Positions 60,204 through 64,000 of a stretch of DNA of 64,000 bases are shown in pieces. The stretch is taken from the NCBI GenBank assembly GCA_963767925.1, contig CAVYGB010000013.1:132576-196575 (forward strand), in the 5' to 3' direction. Both the position numbers and the translations under genes were made by a program. The notes beneath the pieces were generated by a model. It had not been told where the DNA came from and did not search any database. It saw only the letters and a list, made by a program, of their open reading frames with translations. The stretch's first letter is position 1. Each line of letters opens with the position of its first letter. This DNA is from an uncultured delta proteobacterium. GTDB lineage: Bacteria > Myxococcota_A > Polyangia > Fen-1088.

Positions 60204-61969
60204 AAGACGGCGCCGGCGGCCAGCGTGAGCACCACCTGCTTGAGGTGGTTCATGTCGACCGGCTTGGCCACGAAGCTGTGGAACCCCGCCGCCATCGCCC
60301 GGGCCCGGTCGTCCTCCCGGGCCAGGGCGGTCAGGGCGATGGCGGGCACGTCGCCGCCCTGGTCGGGCGCCAGGGCCCGGATCTTCCGGAGCAGGCTGCA
60401 GCCGTCTTCCCCGGGCATGGCGATGTCGCTGAGCACCAGGGTCGGCTGGAACTCGGCGACGAGGGCGAAGGCGGCGGCCGCCGAGTCGGCCACCTGCACC
60501 AGCGCCCCGGCCTGGGCCAGCATCTCGGCCACCGCCTCGCGCGTGTCGCGATCGTCGTCGACAACCAGGATGCGCGGGCGCACCGACCCGCTGGGGCCCC
60601 GCGCCCGCAGGCCCGACCAGCCCGGCATGCGGGTCAGGGACATCGTCGCCAGCTCGTGGGCCTCCGTGCGCACCGCCAGCCGGGGCAGCCGCACCGTGAA
60701 GGTGGCGCCGCTGCCGGGGCCCGAGCTGTCCGCCTCGATCGACCCGCCGTGCAGCTCGACGAGGTGGCGGGCGATGGTGAGGCCGAGGCCCAGGCCGCCG
60801 TGGGCCCGGGTGGGGGACTTGTCGGCCTGGGTGAAGCGCTCGAACACCTGGGGCAAGAACGCCGGATCGATGCCGATGCCGGTGTCGCTCACCGAGAGCA
60901 GGGCCTCGTCGCCGTCCTCGGTCAGCGCGACCCGCACCCGCCCCCCTTCGGGCGTGAACTTGATGGCGTTGTTGATCAGGTTGGCCGCCACCTGCTCCAG
61001 CCGGACCGGGTCGCCCTCCACCATGCCCACCGGCTGCAGGTCGCTCTCCACCGTGATCTGCTTGCGCTCGGCCCCCACCTTCGCCGACTCGAAGGTCAGC
61101 GCCACCACCGCCCGCAGGTCGACCGCCCGCAGGTCCATCCGCACCTTGCCGCTGACGATGCCCGAGACGTCGAGCAGGTCGTCGATGAGCTGCTTTTGCA
61201 TGCGGGTGCCGCGGGCGATCGCCTCGTAGGCCCGCCGCCGGCGGGGCAGGTCCGGCTCCTTCTCCAGCAACATCTGGGCGTTGACCAGGATGCTCGTGAG
61301 GGGCGTGCGCAGCTCGTGCGAGAGGGTGGCGAGGAACTGATCTTCGGCCCCGTTGGCCCGCTCGGCCTCGGTGCGGGCGGCCACCGCGTCGGCCACCGAG
61401 CGGCGGAGGGCGTCGATGTCGACGAGCGAGAGGATGGCCCCGTCGATGCGGTTGTCGGCGGTCCGGTAGGGGCGGATCTGCAAGCGGTGCCAGCGCCCCT
61501 CGCGGTCGCGCACCTCCGACTCCTTGACCGGCACGCCGTCCATCACCTCGGCGATCTGGCCGTCGAGGTCGGGGACGCCGAGCACCTCGTAGGCGAAGCT
61601 GGCCATCGGCCGCCCGACGTCGGTGGGCTGCAGGTCGAACAGCAGGCGGGCCTTCGGCGTGAAGCGCCGGATGCGCTGGAAGGTGTCGACGATGAGCATC
61701 GGGACATCGATCGCCGACACCAGGTTGAGGAGGTCGCCGTTGATGCGCTCGCACTCGTGGTTGCGCCGGGCCAGCTCCTCGTTCACCGAGGAGAGCTCCT
61801 GGTTGACCCGGGTCAGCTCATCGTTGGTGGCCTCCAGCTTGTTCTGGGCGGCCTGCAGCTCCTCGTTGAGCAGCCGGAGCTCGTCGTTCGCGGTGGCGAG
61901 ATCGACCGGGCGTGGAGGCACCGCGCTCGGCACCGTGGTCGAAGAGGGGGATAGGCTGCTCCCTTTCAC
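60185..61969 (-). CDS. Hybrid sensor histidine kinase (coiled coil-PAS-HisKA-HATPase-REC)
   Basis: H-box FLATLSHELRTPL, NLINNAIKFT, DTGIGI, GLGLGL; receiver ILVVDDD, SDIAMP, KP. Confidence 0.93.
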   Translation of the reverse strand: MKGSSLSPSSTTVPSAVPPRPVDLATANDELRLLNEELQAAQNKLEATNDELTRVNQELSSVNEELARRNHECERINGDLLNLVSAIDVPMLIVDTFQRIRRFTPKARLLFDLQPTDVGRPMASFAYEVLGVPDLDGQIAEVMDGVPVKESEVRDREGRWHRLQIRPYRTADNRIDGAILSLVDIDALRRSVADAVAARTEAERANGAEDQFLATLSHELRTPLTSILVNAQMLLEKEPDLPRRRRAYEAIARGTRMQKQLIDDLLDVSGIVSGKVRMDLRAVDLRAVVALTFESAKVGAERKQITVESDLQPVGMVEGDPVRLEQVAANLINNAIKFTPEGGRVRVALTEDGDEALLSVSDTGIGIDPAFLPQVFERFTQADKSPTRAHGGLGLGLTIARHLVELHGGSIEADSSGPGSGATFTVRLPRLAVRTEAHELATMSLTRMPGWSGLRARGPSGSVRPRILVVDDDRDTREAVAEMLAQAGALVQVADSAAAAFALVAEFQPTLVLSDIAMPGEDGCSLLRKIRALAPDQGGDVPAIALTALAREDDRARAMAAGFHSFVAKPVDMNHLKQVVLTLAAGAVFQETQR

Positions 61970-62178
61970 CAGAGTCTCCCACCTGCCGTGGTTGCACCTT
62001 CCTCGATAGCCCCTGTGCTGCGCTGGGGTGCTATCGATGGTCTCACCCTGCTTTCATCTATGAGGCCTGCCTGGCGCATCCGTCAACGGCAAAGGGCCGC
62101 CGCCGCCGCCGGCCCAGCCGAGCGCGCCGACGACAAAGGTTGCCGCTGGCCCACCTTCCCAGATAACGTCGCCGCCCC

Positions 62179-63555
62179 TTGGCCGGCGAGGATGACAGAC
62201 AGGCCGCCCCGCGTGCCGAGACGACAGGCGCGGTGAAGCTCGTCGCCGCCGCCCTGTTGCTGGGCCTGGCCCTGCAGATCCGCAGCGGCCGCCTCGACCC
62301 GATCGCGATCGTCCTGGTGGCGGTCGCGCTGACCGCTGTCCTGCTCGCGCTGGTGGGTCGACCCTGGCCCGCGCTCGAGCAGCGCGGGGAGCAGGCGGTC
62401 GAGCTGGCGCTCGGCGCCGCCCTGGCGATCACACTGCTGGCCCACCTGCCGCGACCTCCCGGGATTCACCTCACGGTCGTGGGCTTCGCCGGAAGGGCGC
62501 CTTTTTTGATCGGGTTGGCGCTGACCGCGGCGCTGCTGGGCTTCGACTTCTGGCGACCGGCGCGGGCGCGGGCCTGGCGCGCGCCGCTGCTGATCGGCCT
62601 CTTCCTCCTGCTCGGGGGCTGGGTGGTCCGGCATTCGCCCGACCCTCAGATCGACGTGTTCATCTTCCAGCGCGACGCCGCCGCCGCTCTCCTCGCCGGC
62701 GACAACCCGTACCGCCTGACCTTCCCCAACATCTACGGCGACCGGCCCTACTACGGCGCCGGGCTGGCCTCGGCGGGGCGCCTCAACTTCGGGTTTCCCT
62801 ATCCGCCCCTGAGCCTCTTTCTGGCCCTGCCTGGCGCGCTCGCCGGCGACTTCCGCTACGCCCAGCTCGTGGCGATGGCGGGGGCGGGCGCCATCATGGC
62901 GGCGCTTCAGCGGGGGCGGATCGGGTTCCTCGCCGCCGCCCTCTACCTGTTCTCACCGCGGACCTTCTTCGTCCTCGAGCAGGGGTGGACCGAGCCGTTC
63001 CTGGTGCTGCTGGCCGCCGCCGTGTTGCTGGCCGCCCGCCGCGGGCGGGCGCTGCTGCCGGTCGCCATCGGGCTGTTCGTCGCCAGCAAGCAATACCTGG
63101 TGCTGGCCCTGCCGGTGTTGCCGCTGCTCTGGCGGGACCGGCAGGCCCGCCCGCCCTTCGGCCGCAGCGCCGTCCTCGCCGCCGCGACCGCCGCGCTGGT
63201 CACGCTCCCGCTCGCCCTGTGGGACTGGCCCCCCTTCTGGCACAGCGTCGCCCTGCAAACCGCCCAGCCCTTCCGGGACGATGCGCTCAGCTTCCTGGCG
63301 GTGGTGGCGTACCTGACCGGTTACCGCCCGTCCAGCCTGATCGCCTTCGTAGCCGCCGCGGCGGCGATGGTCGCCGCCTGGCGCCGCTGTCCCCGCACCC
63401 CCGCCGGCCTCGCCCTGGCCCTCAGCCTCGTGTTCTTCGGCTTCTTCGCCTTCAACAAGCAGGCGTTCTGCAACTACTACCACTTCGTCGTCGGCACCTT
63501 GTGCCTGGCCATCGCGGCCTGGCCCCCGGTCGCTCCCGATCGCGCGCGCACCTGA
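62179..63555 (+). CDS. Polytopic GT-C-fold glycosyltransferase-like membrane protein (GT87-like)
   Basis: About 11 TM segments; IDV....AA..LL.G.NPY, FPYPP.SL, KQY, K.AFCNYY. Confidence 0.7.
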   Translation: MAGEDDRQAAPRAETTGAVKLVAAALLLGLALQIRSGRLDPIAIVLVAVALTAVLLALVGRPWPALEQRGEQAVELALGAALAITLLAHLPRPPGIHLTVVGFAGRAPFLIGLALTAALLGFDFWRPARARAWRAPLLIGLFLLLGGWVVRHSPDPQIDVFIFQRDAAAALLAGDNPYRLTFPNIYGDRPYYGAGLASAGRLNFGFPYPPLSLFLALPGALAGDFRYAQLVAMAGAGAIMAALQRGRIGFLAAALYLFSPRTFFVLEQGWTEPFLVLLAAAVLLAARRGRALLPVAIGLFVASKQYLVLALPVLPLLWRDRQARPPFGRSAVLAAATAALVTLPLALWDWPPFWHSVALQTAQPFRDDALSFLAVVAYLTGYRPSSLIAFVAAAAAMVAAWRRCPRTPAGLALALSLVFFGFFAFNKQAFCNYYHFVVGTLCLAIAAWPPVAPDRART

Positions 63556-63592
63556 GGGCCGCCCCGCCCGCGGCGGTCTATATTTGCCGGGC

Positions 63593-64000
63593 ATGTTCCG
63601 GGCATCCGAGGTCGCCGTCCGCCGCTCGCCGATCTGGTTGACCGCCTGGCTGGGCCTGGCCCTCGCGCCGGGGTGCCTGTGCGCGCGCCCGCCCGCGACC
63701 GACGCGCCCCTGGCGGCGGTCTGGGCGGTGGGCGACGGGACGGCGATCGCCCGCGACGCCGGCGATCCGCCCGCCACCTCCCTCGTGTGGGACGGGACGC
63801 GGGTCAACCTGTTCGCCGCCAGCAACGAGATCGTCGCCTTCCAGCTCGTGGTCCGCGCCGGCCGCCGGGGCATCCGGGAGCTGCGAGCCGAGCTGCCCCA
63901 CCTGACCGCCGCGACCGGCGGGCGCATCACCTACCGCCCGCCCGGGCCCGATCCCTCCGACTTCGCCGGCCGGCCGATCCAGATCTTCTCGGTCGGGTAC
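63593..64000 (+). CDS. Secreted glycoside hydrolase-like protein (DUF4091/GH123-like N-terminus), partial
   Basis: Manual translation: signal/lipobox ...LALAPG-C, VWAVGDG.AI.RD, VWDG.RV.LFAA.NE.VAFQLVV; open to the window end. Confidence 0.55.
   Translation, partial: MFRASEVAVRRSPIWLTAWLGLALAPGCLCARPPATDAPLAAVWAVGDGTAIARDAGDPPATSLVWDGTRVNLFAASNEIVAFQLVVRAGRRGIRELRAELPHLTAATGGRITYRPPGPDPSDFAGRPIQIFSVGY

Overview
Very GC-rich bacterial DNA, most likely from a Myxococcota (Polyangia-like) genome. This is inferred from the CdnL, an FHA-domain enhancer-binding protein, eukaryotic-like Ser/Thr kinases, Cys-rich lipoproteins and a MYXO-CTERM-like sorting tail. The most notable element is an apparently complete lasso-peptide (RiPP) cluster at about 28.8-39.0 kb. 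It encodes an Asn-synthetase-like cyclase, a 70-aa precursor (YxxP leader, Gly1-Asp8 ring, two tail cysteines, Leu in place of the near-invariant Thr-2), a short B2 protease, a stand-alone PqqD/RRE, an RRE-fused HPr-kinase-like enzyme and a nucleotidyltransferase. A 1,666-aa FG-GAP surface protein sits inside the cluster, and no exporter or isopeptidase is visible. The window also holds minCDE, a sigma54-promoter-driven 61-aa ORF with its own terminator, a kinase/EBP signalling block, ribF, a TctCBA transporter, moxR-DUF58-tgpA, etfBA, cdnL, a TrmA/RlmD methyltransferase, a type IV pilin, serB, nadB, pgsA, a pabB-like gene, a TamB-like protein and a hybrid histidine kinase. There are several palindromic and tandem intergenic repeats. 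Many housekeeping genes at about 39.7-41.4 kb and 49-56 kb are frameshifted, most likely by sequencing or assembly indels. No rRNA, tRNA, CRISPR array or transposase was recognised. All assignments come from reading motifs by eye; no database searches were run.
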